Counted from the first letter of the stretch, positions 10,559 to 20,315 are shown. The stretch is 64,000 bases of DNA from an uncultured cyanobacterium (GCA_963706595.1 OY970166.1:3136001-3200000); one strand, 5' to 3'. The notes: a model not told the origin generated them from the letters alone. Made by a program: numbers and translations.

Positions 10559-11257
10559 ATGGAAGACCGATATAGCTTGCAAGCAACCCGCAATCCCTGG
10601 ATCATCTCGGCTCCCTTTTTTCAAGGGTTGCCAGAAGCTGCTGTAGAGATGGCTCTTACCAATCTTGCTACCCGTACACACCCAGCCAATCAAGTCATTT
10701 TGCTTGAAAATGACTGGGGTGGTTCTGTATATTTTATATTAGATGGTTGGGTAAAAATTCGTACTTATAATTTGGAAGGTAAAGAAGTAACACTGAATAT
10801 TATTGGTAAAGGGGAATTGTTTGGTGAAATGGCGGCGTTAGATGAAGTCCCTCGTTCCACTGATGTGATTACCCTGACTCCGACGATGATTGGCAGTATG
10901 CCATCTCAAAATTTTGTCAAGTTACTGCATACAGAACCCTTGGCGGGACTCCGATTGTCACAATTGATGGCTCGACGCTTAAGACAAGTTAACCGCCGAC
11001 TGCGATTGCGAGAATCTGATAGTCAGTCACGAGTAGCTGACAGTTTATTATTTTTGGCAGAGGGACAGGGAACACAAGGGCAAACTGGGACAGAAATTCC
11101 CAATTTACCTCACCGAGAATTGAGTAGTTTAAGTGGACTAGCGAGGGAAACAGTTACAAGAGTATTAACAAGGCTAGAAAAAAAAGGGTTAATCACAAGA
11201 TACCCTGACACAATTTGTATTCCTGATTTGTCAGCCTTGGAAAAAATGATCGTATAA
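10559..11257 (+). CDS. crp: cAMP receptor protein, Crp/Fnr family (SyCrp1/AnCrpA-like)
   Basis: cNMP cassette FGEMAALDEVPRST and HTH PHRELSSLSGLARETVTRVL. ATG at 10559. Confidence 0.85.
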   Translation: MEDRYSLQATRNPWIISAPFFQGLPEAAVEMALTNLATRTHPANQVILLENDWGGSVYFILDGWVKIRTYNLEGKEVTLNIIGKGELFGEMAALDEVPRSTDVITLTPTMIGSMPSQNFVKLLHTEPLAGLRLSQLMARRLRQVNRRLRLRESDSQSRVADSLLFLAEGQGTQGQTGTEIPNLPHRELSSLSGLARETVTRVLTRLEKKGLITRYPDTICIPDLSALEKMIV

Positions 11258-11331
11258 GTTACGCAACAATAATTTTGAGGACTAACTATAGTCGAGGACT
11301 TACGGCACAGTCGGTCAAATTTTTTTTCACC

Positions 11332-12057
11332 ATGAGTATTTCAAATTCTCTCCCAGATGAAAACCCATCACCGGAATTTCCCAATTCTCTAAACTCACAA
11401 TTGCAGCCAGAGCAGTTGAGGCCACCGAGACTAAAAGTTGATGCGCCTTTACGAATGGTGGAAACAGCATTTTTAGCCAGTGCAGCTAGCTTGATTTGGT
11501 TTATTAATTTCTACTTTCCTTTGGGTCCCCTATTACGGATATTTTTTCCCGTACCCATCGCTTTAGTCTACCTGCGCTGGGGTAAAAGAGCGGCCTGGAT
11601 GGCTGCTGTTACTTCTGGGTTGCTGCTATCAGTGCTAATGGGGCCAGTTCGTAGTCTGTTGTTTGTCATGCCCTTTGCTTTTATGGGTGTGCTTTTGGGG
11701 GCAACATGGTATCGTCGTGTTCCCTGGATTGTATCTATTACTTTGGGTACGCTGTTGGGTACGTTAGGCGTGTTTTTTCGGCTGTGGTTGCTGTCTGTGT
11801 TGTCGGGTGAAGACCTATGGATTTATGTGATTAACCAAGTTACAGAACTGATTGAGTGGGCATTTCTGAGGCTGCAATTGTTAGCTAGTCCTAGTATATT
11901 TTTGGTACAGATAGGCGCAGTGATTTTAATTGTGTTTAATAACTTTATTTATCTGTTTATGGTACACCTGGCAGCATGGCTGTTATTGGATCGTTTGGGA
12001 AATCCCATTCCCCGTCCGCCACAATGGGTACAGGTTCTTATGGATTATGAAGGTTGA
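11332..12057 (+). CDS. DUF2232 family membrane protein
   Basis: Hydrophobic multi-TM protein with MVETAFLAS, in its typical position between crp and cobT. Confidence 0.8.
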   Translation: MSISNSLPDENPSPEFPNSLNSQLQPEQLRPPRLKVDAPLRMVETAFLASAASLIWFINFYFPLGPLLRIFFPVPIALVYLRWGKRAAWMAAVTSGLLLSVLMGPVRSLLFVMPFAFMGVLLGATWYRRVPWIVSITLGTLLGTLGVFFRLWLLSVLSGEDLWIYVINQVTELIEWAFLRLQLLASPSIFLVQIGAVILIVFNNFIYLFMVHLAAWLLLDRLGNPIPRPPQWVQVLMDYEG

Positions 12058-12061
12058 ATAA

Positions 12062-13165
12062 TTGATTCGTATTTATACCCAAATAGAACAGGGTGAAAAA
12101 TGGATTGCTAAATATAGGGATTGTTTACCCGTGTTTGCCTGTGTTTTAGGTTTTACTGACACTGGTCTAATTCCGGGGATTTCCGCAGCTGGTAGTACTC
12201 CAGAAGCTCGAAGGTATACGGCTTGTGCGGATGCTGAGTTTTTATATCACGGACCAAGACGAGAACCTTTATATCCTCTACCACCATTGACTGCGGGCGC
12301 GTCACCTGTACTCATTTCTCGTGCTGTTGTTGAGGCGCTGAATATGCCAGTTTATTTGTTTAACGCTGGCTTACCTCAGCTGCCATCTGTGCCAGTCATT
12401 GATTTGGGTGGCGCTCCGGCTCAGTGTTTAAGTACAGGTGCTGCGATGGAAGTTACAACTGTACACCATTTGCTCAAGCAAGGACTATTGTGGGGAGAAC
12501 GCCTGGCTAACAATATTCAAGAAGGATATTTGATTTTAGGTGAGTGCGTTGTGGGAGGTACTACAACTGCCCTGGCAATTTTAACTGGTTTGGGTATAGA
12601 TGCAGGGGGAAAAGTCAACAGTAGCCATCCTGTTTGTAATCATACACAAAAGTGGGAAGTAGTACAGGCTGGACTGGAGAAGATGAGGGGCGGCGGCGGC
12701 GAATTATTAGACCCCTTAGCACTTGTGGCGGCGGTAGGTGATCCGATGCAGGTGGTGGTGGCGGGAATGGCGATCGCAGCTAGTCGCAGTTGTGGTGTGA
12801 TGCTGGCGGGTGGCACACAAATGCTGGCCGTATATGCTTTAATGAGTGCGATCGCCAATGCTTATGATTTATCTTGGCAACCAGCAGCAGTAGTGGTAGG
12901 TACTACTCGTTGGGTAGCAGAAGATCCCACTGGTAGCACCGTTGACTTAGCCCTCAGCTTAGGTAAAACAATCCCTCCTCTGCTTGCTACTCAGTTAAGT
13001 TTTGCTCATTCCCGCTATCCCCAACTTCAAGCTTACGAGCAGGGCTTTGTCAAAGAAGGCATAGGGGCGGGAGCTGCTTGCATCGCTGCTTCTCTCAGCC
13101 AAAATTGGCCACAACATCAGCTTTTAACTGCCATTGAAGCTCAACTCGACCAGCTTAAAGACTAA
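12062..13165 (+). CDS. cobT: Nicotinate-mononucleotide-dependent phosphoribosyltransferase (cyanobacterial/archaeal CobT type)
   Basis: Motifs IPGISAAG, GECVVGGTTTALA, LAGGTQMLAV and GFVKEGIGAG. Confidence 0.88.
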   Translation: MIRIYTQIEQGEKWIAKYRDCLPVFACVLGFTDTGLIPGISAAGSTPEARRYTACADAEFLYHGPRREPLYPLPPLTAGASPVLISRAVVEALNMPVYLFNAGLPQLPSVPVIDLGGAPAQCLSTGAAMEVTTVHHLLKQGLLWGERLANNIQEGYLILGECVVGGTTTALAILTGLGIDAGGKVNSSHPVCNHTQKWEVVQAGLEKMRGGGGELLDPLALVAAVGDPMQVVVAGMAIAASRSCGVMLAGGTQMLAVYALMSAIANAYDLSWQPAAVVVGTTRWVAEDPTGSTVDLALSLGKTIPPLLATQLSFAHSRYPQLQAYEQGFVKEGIGAGAACIAASLSQNWPQHQLLTAIEAQLDQLKD

Positions 13166-13265
13166 TACAGCACGGTGTAAATAAACCAACCATTCCAAGT
13201 CAATGAAAATCCTATAGGATAAGCTTTTTGACTTTTGACTTTTGACTTCCGCCCTGCGGTACTAG
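13162..13265. mobile_element. MITE-like element, copy 2 of the 9765 family; its left end supplies the cobT stop codon
   Basis: CTAATACAGC...GCGGTACTAG with an internal (TTTTGAC)3 run. Confidence 0.7.
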
Positions 13266-13346
13266 TCCAACTCCCGATACAAATAAACAAAATGCTCAAA
13301 TCAAAGAACTGCCGACAGACCTTTGTAATATTGACTAATAAATAAT

Positions 13347-13718
13347 TTAATGAATTCTCACTTTCATTAATTGTTCTTCTAAAGCAGCAATGCGATTGTA
13401 TGCTGCCGTTAATTGTGCTGTTAATCGTTGTATTTGAATTTCTGGTGTTAAATTCTGCTCGCTACCTTGCCGACTCATGTCTAAAGACATACCATCTGTT
13501 AATACATCCTTGTGTTCCATTTCTGGATTGAAAGTAATATGTTTTTTTAACTGGTAGCGGACTACATCACCATTGTCTTCATTCTTCTTTGCTTGTGTAT
13601 TTGCTAAAGAACATTCCGAGAAAGCTTGAGCCACTTTATCATCAAGTTGCTCAATTACCTGGCAGAGGGCATCAAGTTTATCACTCAAATTCATGATCTG
13701 CGTTTGTAATGGCTCCAT
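13347..13718 (-). CDS. Hypothetical coiled-coil protein
   Basis: 123-aa ORF with GAGGG upstream. The C-terminal PEIQIQRLTAQLTAAYNRIAALEEQL looks conserved. Confidence 0.75.
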   Translation of the reverse strand: MEPLQTQIMNLSDKLDALCQVIEQLDDKVAQAFSECSLANTQAKKNEDNGDVVRYQLKKHITFNPEMEHKDVLTDGMSLDMSRQGSEQNLTPEIQIQRLTAQLTAAYNRIAALEEQLMKVRIH

Positions 13719-13941
13719 TTAATACCCTCTTCCGTATATTTTCTTTATGTTATGCAATTTACAGGTGATATTAGCTATACTTTTGAATTATTTAATTTTT
13801 CAAAAATTTTGTCGCGATATAATCAGTTAAGTATTTATATATAGAAAAACTCAATGGTTTTTATCAGTATTACTGATGATGCTTGTTGATAAAATTAAAA
13901 TCATTAGCAGTTACTTTTAGAATACTTCTCTGAAGTCAATC

Positions 13942-14088
13942 CTGACTTTTCACGGGATCTGGAAAACCTCACTTCCATTCCTCTCCCCTGCAAGGGGAAA
14001 GGCTTTGAATTTTCCCCCTTCCCTGGCAGGGAAGGGGGCTAGGGGGTTAGGTTTCGGTTTGGTTTTTCCACATGACGTGAAAAGTGAG
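13942..14088. mobile_element. MITE (147 bp) with a 10-bp target duplication
   Basis: Ends CTGACTTTTCACG and CGTGAAAAGTGAG match at 12/13. GAAGTCAATC occurs at 13932-13941 and 14089-14098. Confidence 0.88.
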
Positions 14089-14180
14089 GAAGTCAATCAA
14101 GGGTTTATTTTGGCGCGGATTATTCCGAAAATACGGTTAAATACGCACTTAGTCGATAATTTTAGCTATTTATTTAATTG

Positions 14181-15380
14181 ATGCATAACCAAAAATTCCA
14201 AATTTCAAATCCAAAATCAATCAATCGACGGTCTTTTTTATTGGGTGCAGGTGGACTTGCTCTTTCGCAGCTGCTGGTTGGTTGTGGCAACAACAACCAG
14301 ACGAAACTCAATATCCAGTTATTAAAAGGTTCTATCCCCAGTCAGATAGTTCGCCAGTTTCGCCAGAGTTTACAGCAACAGATACAGTTAAATTTTTCCC
14401 CAGTTGAGCAAATACAGGATTTATTTCAACAATTGCAAGGTTGGCAAAATAAATCAAAAACTACTGATGAACCATTTTGGAATCGCTTTATACCATTTAG
14501 GGAATCAAAACCAGCAGTTGCATCTGACTTAGTAACATTAGGAGATTACTGGCTCAAAGCAGCTATTGAACAGAAACTAATTCAACCATTAGAAGAGACG
14601 GAAGTCAAACAGTTAAAACAGTGGTCTGCGTTAGATGAGAGATGGCAGCAACTGGTAAAGCGCAATAATCAAGGTAATTTGGATACTCAAGGCAATGTTT
14701 GGGCTGCTCCTTACCGTTGGGGTAGTACGGTAATTCTTTATCATCGTCAAAAGTTGCAGAGTTTGGGTTGGACACCGGAGGATTGGAGTGATTTGTGGCG
14801 AGATGGATTGCAACAGCGAATTTCTGTAGTTAATCAATCTAGAGAAGTCATCGGTCTGGTTTTGAAAAAGCTGGGACAATCCTACAATACAGAAAATCTT
14901 GACACCATACCGAACTTAGAAAATGAACTCCGGGCGTTCAACAAACAGGTAAGGTTGTACAGTTCCCGTAACTACTTAGAACCGCTAATTATTGGAGATA
15001 CTTGGATAGCCGTTGGTTGGTCAAGCGACATCATACCGATTTTGACGCGTTATCCCCAACTGGCCGCAGTTATTCCCAAATCAGGAACAGCAATTTGGGC
15101 AGACTTATGGGTACGCCCTACAGGTGTGGAAAAAGACACGTTCTCATCACAGTGGATGGATTTTTGTTGGCAACCAGACGTTGCTAAAAAAATTTCTGTG
15201 CTAACTAGAAGTAATTCGCCAGTTTTTCCTGATATTGCTCCGTCTGAGCTTCAGGAACCATTTAGAAGCTTGTTACAAAGTAATCGTGAAGTTTTCGATA
15301 AAAGTGAATTTCTGCTGGCTTTACCTCCATCAGCAATGAAGCAGTATGAGTCTTTGTTCGCCAAAATTAAGCAAGACTAG
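14181..15380 (+). CDS. Polyamine-type (PotD/PotF-like) ABC substrate-binding lipoprotein
   Basis: Tat signal NRRSFL with lipobox LVGC, plus APYRWG and IPKSGTAIWADLWV. Confidence 0.8.
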   Translation: MHNQKFQISNPKSINRRSFLLGAGGLALSQLLVGCGNNNQTKLNIQLLKGSIPSQIVRQFRQSLQQQIQLNFSPVEQIQDLFQQLQGWQNKSKTTDEPFWNRFIPFRESKPAVASDLVTLGDYWLKAAIEQKLIQPLEETEVKQLKQWSALDERWQQLVKRNNQGNLDTQGNVWAAPYRWGSTVILYHRQKLQSLGWTPEDWSDLWRDGLQQRISVVNQSREVIGLVLKKLGQSYNTENLDTIPNLENELRAFNKQVRLYSSRNYLEPLIIGDTWIAVGWSSDIIPILTRYPQLAAVIPKSGTAIWADLWVRPTGVEKDTFSSQWMDFCWQPDVAKKISVLTRSNSPVFPDIAPSELQEPFRSLLQSNREVFDKSEFLLALPPSAMKQYESLFAKIKQD

Positions 15381-15399
15381 AAATTAGTTTGGATTGCTT

Positions 15400-15918
15400 C
15401 TAGAAAGAGCGCAACAACCTTAACCTATTTTGATTAGTCATCTGAATACGGCATGGTGTTGGACTTGTGACAAAATTACAGGTATAAGTTGCCAACAGGT
15501 TCTTTTGATAATTGAAAACTCGAACGTTATAACCGTCTTTTCTGGCACTGCTACCCAAGCGATTTACAAAGTCGTAGCGTTCTAGATAGTCTAGCAAGTT
15601 CCAAATTTGCTGATTCACTATCAGGTCTACTCTGGCGGGTGCTTCGTCGTTCGCTGGATATGCTATCCAATTATCTAACAGCTTGTTTTCTGAATTTTCT
15701 TTTTCCCACCATAAACTAGGTGTAGTTAATCCTTCTGGGTTAATGGTTTTGGCTGTCATCACAGCACCATTAGGCTGAGTTAATAAGGCAAGTTCTAAAG
15801 GTGCATCTGAAGGCGATGGGACTGGGGCTGTTTCTGCTAGTGAGGGCAAGATTGGGAACAGAAAAATCGTTAGCAGTAAAGGAAGCGATGTCTTGCGACT
15901 TAGTTTGTGTATAAGCAT
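15400..15918 (-). CDS. Conserved secreted hypothetical protein
   Basis: 172-aa ORF with a signal-peptide-like N-terminus and PSLWW / LDYLERYDFV motifs. Confidence 0.7.
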   Translation of the reverse strand: MLIHKLSRKTSLPLLLTIFLFPILPSLAETAPVPSPSDAPLELALLTQPNGAVMTAKTINPEGLTTPSLWWEKENSENKLLDNWIAYPANDEAPARVDLIVNQQIWNLLDYLERYDFVNRLGSSARKDGYNVRVFNYQKNLLATYTCNFVTSPTPCRIQMTNQNRLRLLRSF

Positions 15919-15946
15919 TAACGCATACCATTTTTTATTTGCGAAC

Positions 15947-16052
15947 TATAGCGGTTGTGAGTTGAGTGAGATATTAGAACCCCACCCCCAACCCCCTCCC
16001 CGCAAGCGAGGAGGGGGCTATGACATACCTTATATGATTAGGAAATGCTATA
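15947..16052. mobile_element. TA-ended MITE family A, copy 1 (others at 17483-17588, 27526-27672 inverted, 54842-54923 truncated)
   Basis: Shared core AGTGAGATAT.AGAACCCCACCCCCAACCCCCTCCCCGCAAGCGAGGAGGGGGCTATGA; ends TATAGC...GCTATA. Confidence 0.85.
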
Positions 16053-16100
16053 TCTTCAATTCGCTTATGGTTTAGGACTAAATAATTGCTGTTTGTGTTT

Positions 16101-16916
16101 CTAAACTCTAAGGGCAAAAAACCGCAGTCTTTTGTAGTCAGCTGTCCAACTACCATTAGAATACATTTTCTGTGGGAGTGACTGCTCTACCTGTTGAATG
16201 ACTTCTGTTTGCTGATCAGGAGTTAATCCTGCGAGAAAAGTGCTGGCAAACATTTGAATCCAGTTTGCCATTCCGGCTTGTTGATCTGCTAGGGGTGTGG
16301 GACGGGGAAAAAGGATGGCATAAGTGACTTCAAAACCTTGCTGTTCTAAGAGGGTTGTGTATTCGCTAATGCTGGGAAAATACCAAGGATTCCGTGTTTC
16401 TACGTCTGTAATCCCCAGAGATTTCAAAGCAGTAGATAAAGCTTGAGTTATGGCTTGTACGTTCCCCTTACCACCGAACTCAGCCACAAAGCGCCCTCCT
16501 GGTTTGAGTGCTTGATGTACGCAGGCGATCGCCTTTTCTGGTTCTTTCACCCAATGCAAAGTCGCGTTAGAAAACACCGCATCTAATGGTTGGTCTACCT
16601 GAAAGTTTCTCGCATCAGCAACATCAAATAATAGATGAGGATAGTTTTCTCTAGCTTTCTCAATCATGGCGGGGGCGCTATCGATTCCCATCACTTCAGC
16701 ACCAGCCAAACCAATTTTCTCGGTGAGTTGTCCTGTACCACAACCCAAATCCAAAATAGATTCTCCTGATTTGGGGTTGAGCAATTTCAGCAATTCTTCA
16801 CCATATTGCCAAACAAAGGCGTGTTTGTCTTCATACAGGTGACTATCCCAATAATTATGAAGTGGGTCAAGATTTTGAGGAGAAAATTCAGGATTTTGTG
16901 AGATATCGCTTTTCAT
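16101..16916 (-). CDS. Class I SAM-dependent methyltransferase (trans-aconitate methyltransferase-like)
   Basis: Motifs ILDLGCGTG, DAVFSNATLHWV and LKPGGRFVAEFGG. The true start may be downstream. Confidence 0.88.
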   Translation of the reverse strand: MKSDISQNPEFSPQNLDPLHNYWDSHLYEDKHAFVWQYGEELLKLLNPKSGESILDLGCGTGQLTEKIGLAGAEVMGIDSAPAMIEKARENYPHLLFDVADARNFQVDQPLDAVFSNATLHWVKEPEKAIACVHQALKPGGRFVAEFGGKGNVQAITQALSTALKSLGITDVETRNPWYFPSISEYTTLLEQQGFEVTYAILFPRPTPLADQQAGMANWIQMFASTFLAGLTPDQQTEVIQQVEQSLPQKMYSNGSWTADYKRLRFFALRV

Positions 16917-17021
16917 AAGGTTTGGGAAACATGAGTATGATGAACAGACTGATGATGGTGCAGTAGTTATTCTCGTAGCAGCAATGAAATTTTCATCCTG
17001 TTACCTATTTGTAGAAAATCC

Positions 17022-17228
17022 ATGACATCTCAAGAATTTTTAGAAAATTTAGCCACAGCCGCTACAGATCCTGAAAAACTCATGGTTGTTGCTGAATACC
17101 TGGAAACAACTGCAATGGACAATGCAACTACTCCCAGATGGCGCAGCATTCCTTACAGTTCGGAAATTGATATGGCGCTGAAGAATCTGGCTTTTCATTT
17201 AGAAGGACTTGCTGAGACAAAAAATTAA
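17022..17228 (+). CDS. Small hypothetical protein (68 aa)
   Basis: ATG-started ORF with protein-like composition, convergent with the next gene. Confidence 0.6.
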   Translation: MTSQEFLENLATAATDPEKLMVVAEYLETTAMDNATTPRWRSIPYSSEIDMALKNLAFHLEGLAETKN

Positions 17229-17238
17229 TTTTGTGCCT

Positions 17239-17433
17239 TTAATTGCCTTCTCTCATCCACTCTCGCGCTGCTTTTTCGGCGGCTTCGGGCGAGTAGTAAA
17301 GCTTGCGCTCACCAAACACTGCACCACCAGGACTCAGCAACCGGAACTGCCAAGAATCATCTTTTTCAGTATAAAACACTGTGAGGGTAACGTTATGAAT
17401 GCCAACAACTAAGTGAATTTTGGTGCTACTCAT
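17239..17433 (-). CDS. Small hypothetical protein (64 aa)
   Basis: MSSTKIHLVV...WQFRLLSPGGAVFGERKLYYSPEAAEKAAREW. The upstream extension in the ORF track is MITE sequence. Confidence 0.65.
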   Translation of the reverse strand: MSSTKIHLVVGIHNVTLTVFYTEKDDSWQFRLLSPGGAVFGERKLYYSPEAAEKAAREWMREGN

Positions 17434-17482
17434 TAGTGGTGTCTCAACGTTTACCCCTTTTTTATCATTTTTAATATATAAA

Positions 17483-17588
17483 TATAGCGGTTCTTGGTTG
17501 AGTGAGATATTAGAACCCCACCCCCAACCCCCTCCCCGCAAGCGAGGAGGGGGCTATGATGTACTTCATTTAAGTGTATACGGCTATG
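17483..17588. mobile_element. MITE family A, copy 2
   Basis: Core is near-identical to 15947-16052. Confidence 0.85.
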
Positions 17589-17652
17589 GTATGGGATGCG
17601 ATCGCCTTTGGCACTTGGCGAAGCGCGATCGCTTATTCTAAATATCACCAGC

Positions 17653-18086
17653 TTATAAATCATACAAATTCCTAAACCAGTTGATAAATCCCTGTACCTT
17701 TGCATCTTGCGGATTCAAAATATTATACTTAATAGCTTGATGTATTTGTCTACCCGGTTCATCTTGCCATGCTAACCAAGTGTAAATTTCCGCTTTATGA
17801 ATATAGGAATCTTTGAATGTTGCTCCTTGATTTTTTGCCTCTCTTGCTACCTCCTGAGCATATTGCCAAAGAGATTCCCCCGGTTGAGGAATCATATAAC
17901 CTAAAAAGGTTTCTAGCATACCTGGGATGATATTATCTGGCATCATCCAAACCCCAAACTTTTGTCCATCTGGTGTGTTAATAATTAATCCTGTTGCTGG
18001 TATTTCTTCAGGAATGTTAGCAATACTTGATAAACAGGCATTTCTGATACTTTGCCAACGCAAAGACGCATCATCATCAGCATCTA
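17653..18086 (-). pseudogene. DUF3226-like (TOPRIM-type) protein, 5' part deleted
   Basis: The frame picks up at VDADDDASLRWQS and continues with FGVWMMPDN..GMLETFL and HKAEIYTWLAWQDEPG. No proper start is present. Confidence 0.7.
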
Positions 18087-18257
18087 CATTTCGCCGAGTG
18101 GCTCAAGATTAGTTCGTGAGCATAAAAGTTGAATAGCTTCTAATATAGATGTTTTACCACTGTTATTTCGACCCACGAGCAGATTAATTCTACCTAGCTG
18201 CTGAAGCTCGAAAGATTTGAAACATCGAAAATTTTCTATTTTTACGCTCTTTAACAT
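18084..18257 (-). pseudogene. N-terminal fragment of an AAA_15/AAA_21-type ABC ATPase
   Basis: MLKSVKIENFRCF...INLLVGRNNSGKTSILEAI (Walker A), stopping after 57 aa. Confidence 0.85.
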
Positions 18258-18350
18258 GATTTTTTTTAGCCAAAAACAACAAAGAGGTAATGACTGGTAT
18301 GAGTGCAAGCAGTTGTGATACATCTAACTCTAGCAAAACAAGCGCCTGCT

Positions 18351-19025
18351 TTAACTGCATTCATCAACAGCCGACTCCACAGGCTCAAATGTAACTTTGT
18401 TGTATAAATCTTGTAGGGAAATTTCAAAGGGTATAGTATTGAGTGCGATCGCCTGATCTTCCTCATCATACTCACGCAGCGACCATTGCTTTTTCCCAGT
18501 CTTAGAAAATTGCTCTACACGAATCCGAGTTTGGTCAATTAGTAAATATTCTTGAAACGTAGGAATAGTTCGATAAGCCTCAAATTTATTCTCACGGTCA
18601 TAGCCTTTGGTAGATTTTGATAAAACCTCAATAATCACCTGTGGATTGACAATGATATCCCGACGGTTATTGAAAAATTCTGGTTCATCCGCCAAAATCA
18701 TCACATCAGGATAAGTATAGATACGCTTTTGCGGTATCCACAGACGCAAATCACCTGCGAAAGCCTCATAATTCTGCTGTCTAAAAGCAAAATTTAATGC
18801 CGCGTAGAGATTGCCAGAGATTCGTTTATGATCTATTAGACATCTCCCAAAATTAGGTTTTAAACCGTGCTGCACAAGGCTTTGATGCTCATTGGCGGAT
18901 ATTTTTAATGTTCCGCCTGTCATTGGAATTATTACCCCGTCAATATATTCGCTTTTATACTCAGCAGCTTCCTCTAAGGCTAAATATTCCTCTGGAGTAT
19001 AGTATTGCTTTTGTGTTACTTCCAT
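18351..19025 (-). CDS. Uma2 family (DUF820) endonuclease with an in-frame 24-aa insertion
   Basis: Motifs EYIDG.IIPMTGGT, YPDVM, IIEVLSKST and YLLIDQ. Extra LKISANEHQSLVQHGLKPNFGRCL at 18837-18908. Confidence 0.88.
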   Translation of the reverse strand: MEVTQKQYYTPEEYLALEEAAEYKSEYIDGVIIPMTGGTLKISANEHQSLVQHGLKPNFGRCLIDHKRISGNLYAALNFAFRQQNYEAFAGDLRLWIPQKRIYTYPDVMILADEPEFFNNRRDIIVNPQVIIEVLSKSTKGYDRENKFEAYRTIPTFQEYLLIDQTRIRVEQFSKTGKKQWSLREYDEEDQAIALNTIPFEISLQDLYNKVTFEPVESAVDECS

Positions 19026-19053
19026 AATTTTTTACGGTAGCGATTTCTACAAA

Positions 19054-19141
19054 TATAGGAATCCTAAATCATTGGTAAACTTCCTTCTTCTCTTGGCGCT
19101 CTTGGCGGCTTGGCGGTTCGATAATTTTGAGGATAGCTATA
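19054..19141. mobile_element. TA-ended MITE family C (CTTGGCG-repeat core), copy 1
   Basis: TATAGGAATCCTAAATCA...GGATAGCTATA. Related copy at 46663-46838; cores also at ~33486 and ~41610. Confidence 0.7.
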
Positions 19142-19184
19142 TTCTAACGTGTTCAGACAAATCCTCTGAATTACGAATTACGAA

Positions 19185-20315
19185 TTATTCCCACAGTCTT
19201 CTCCTATTTTTTCCGCCTAACCTTTCGTGAGTATCTCCTAACAAAGCAGGAATATCTAATTTTTCTGGACACCGAGGTAAACATTCCCCGCATTCTGTAC
19301 AACGATTGCCTTTCATTCCAGGGAACCAGTGACCAGCATTTTCAAACATTCCATAACGATATTTTCCATAGTCAGTCATGTCATAAGCTACAGCAAGATT
19401 TCGTAACCGCAAAATTTCAGGAATATTGATATTTTCTGGACAAGGTAAACAGGCATAACACTGGCTGCATTTATCAATTTCTAAAGCAGCTTTTTGGTGT
19501 TCTTCTAAGTTTTGAACAGCTAATTTTTCTGAAGATGTTAATTCATGAATACTATCAGCAAACTGTAAAGGTTCTATTAATTCATCTGGGTTGGCTGCAC
19601 CCACACTCAAAGTAGTAATCCGATGATCACTGAGTAAAAATCTATAGTTTAATTCTAAAGGTGAATAAGGCTGACACAGGTCTATTAATGTTTGGGGTGG
19701 CGTGTAGAGGCGGCCTCCCTTATCTGCTGGGGAAATGATAAAAATGCCCATGTCCTTTTCAGCCGCTAACTGAATTGCTGGGGCATGACGTTGAAAAAAA
19801 TAGTAATAATGTAGATTGACAAATTCAAATAAATCTGTATTAATCGCTGCGAGAATTATATCTAATGAAGCGTGGGTGGAAAAACCAACGTGTCGCACTC
19901 GACCGTCATCAACAGCCTCCTGGACGGCTTTCATGCAGCCACCATTGGCTTGCACCCACTGGAGATGCTCCCAAGTATTTAAGCCATGAATACCTAAGAA
20001 ATCGAGATAATCTAGATTTAATCGTTCTAGGGATTCATCGATGCATCGACGCATACTATCAGCATCAACTGTTGGCGGAATTTTGGTGGTGATGTAAACC
20101 TGAGAACGGGGTAATGATAATCCGCTTTTGATAGCTGTACCAAGATACTCCTCACTTTTGCCATAACCTCTGGCTGTTTCTAGATGATTCACTCCCAGGG
20201 CTAAAGCTGCGGCTATTGTCTGCTGTGCATTTTCGACATCAGCCAGATAGCGCATTGTTCCTAAAGAGAAAACCGAAAGGTTTAGGTTAGTTTTGCCAAA
20301 GCGTCGGTATTGCAT
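19185..20315 (-). CDS. Aldo/keto reductase with a C-terminal 4Fe-4S dicluster domain
   Basis: Motifs YRRFGKT, ETARGYG.SEE, CSQCYACLPCP and CTECGECLPRCP. Confidence 0.92.
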   Translation of the reverse strand: MQYRRFGKTNLNLSVFSLGTMRYLADVENAQQTIAAALALGVNHLETARGYGKSEEYLGTAIKSGLSLPRSQVYITTKIPPTVDADSMRRCIDESLERLNLDYLDFLGIHGLNTWEHLQWVQANGGCMKAVQEAVDDGRVRHVGFSTHASLDIILAAINTDLFEFVNLHYYYFFQRHAPAIQLAAEKDMGIFIISPADKGGRLYTPPQTLIDLCQPYSPLELNYRFLLSDHRITTLSVGAANPDELIEPLQFADSIHELTSSEKLAVQNLEEHQKAALEIDKCSQCYACLPCPENINIPEILRLRNLAVAYDMTDYGKYRYGMFENAGHWFPGMKGNRCTECGECLPRCPEKLDIPALLGDTHERLGGKNRRRLWE

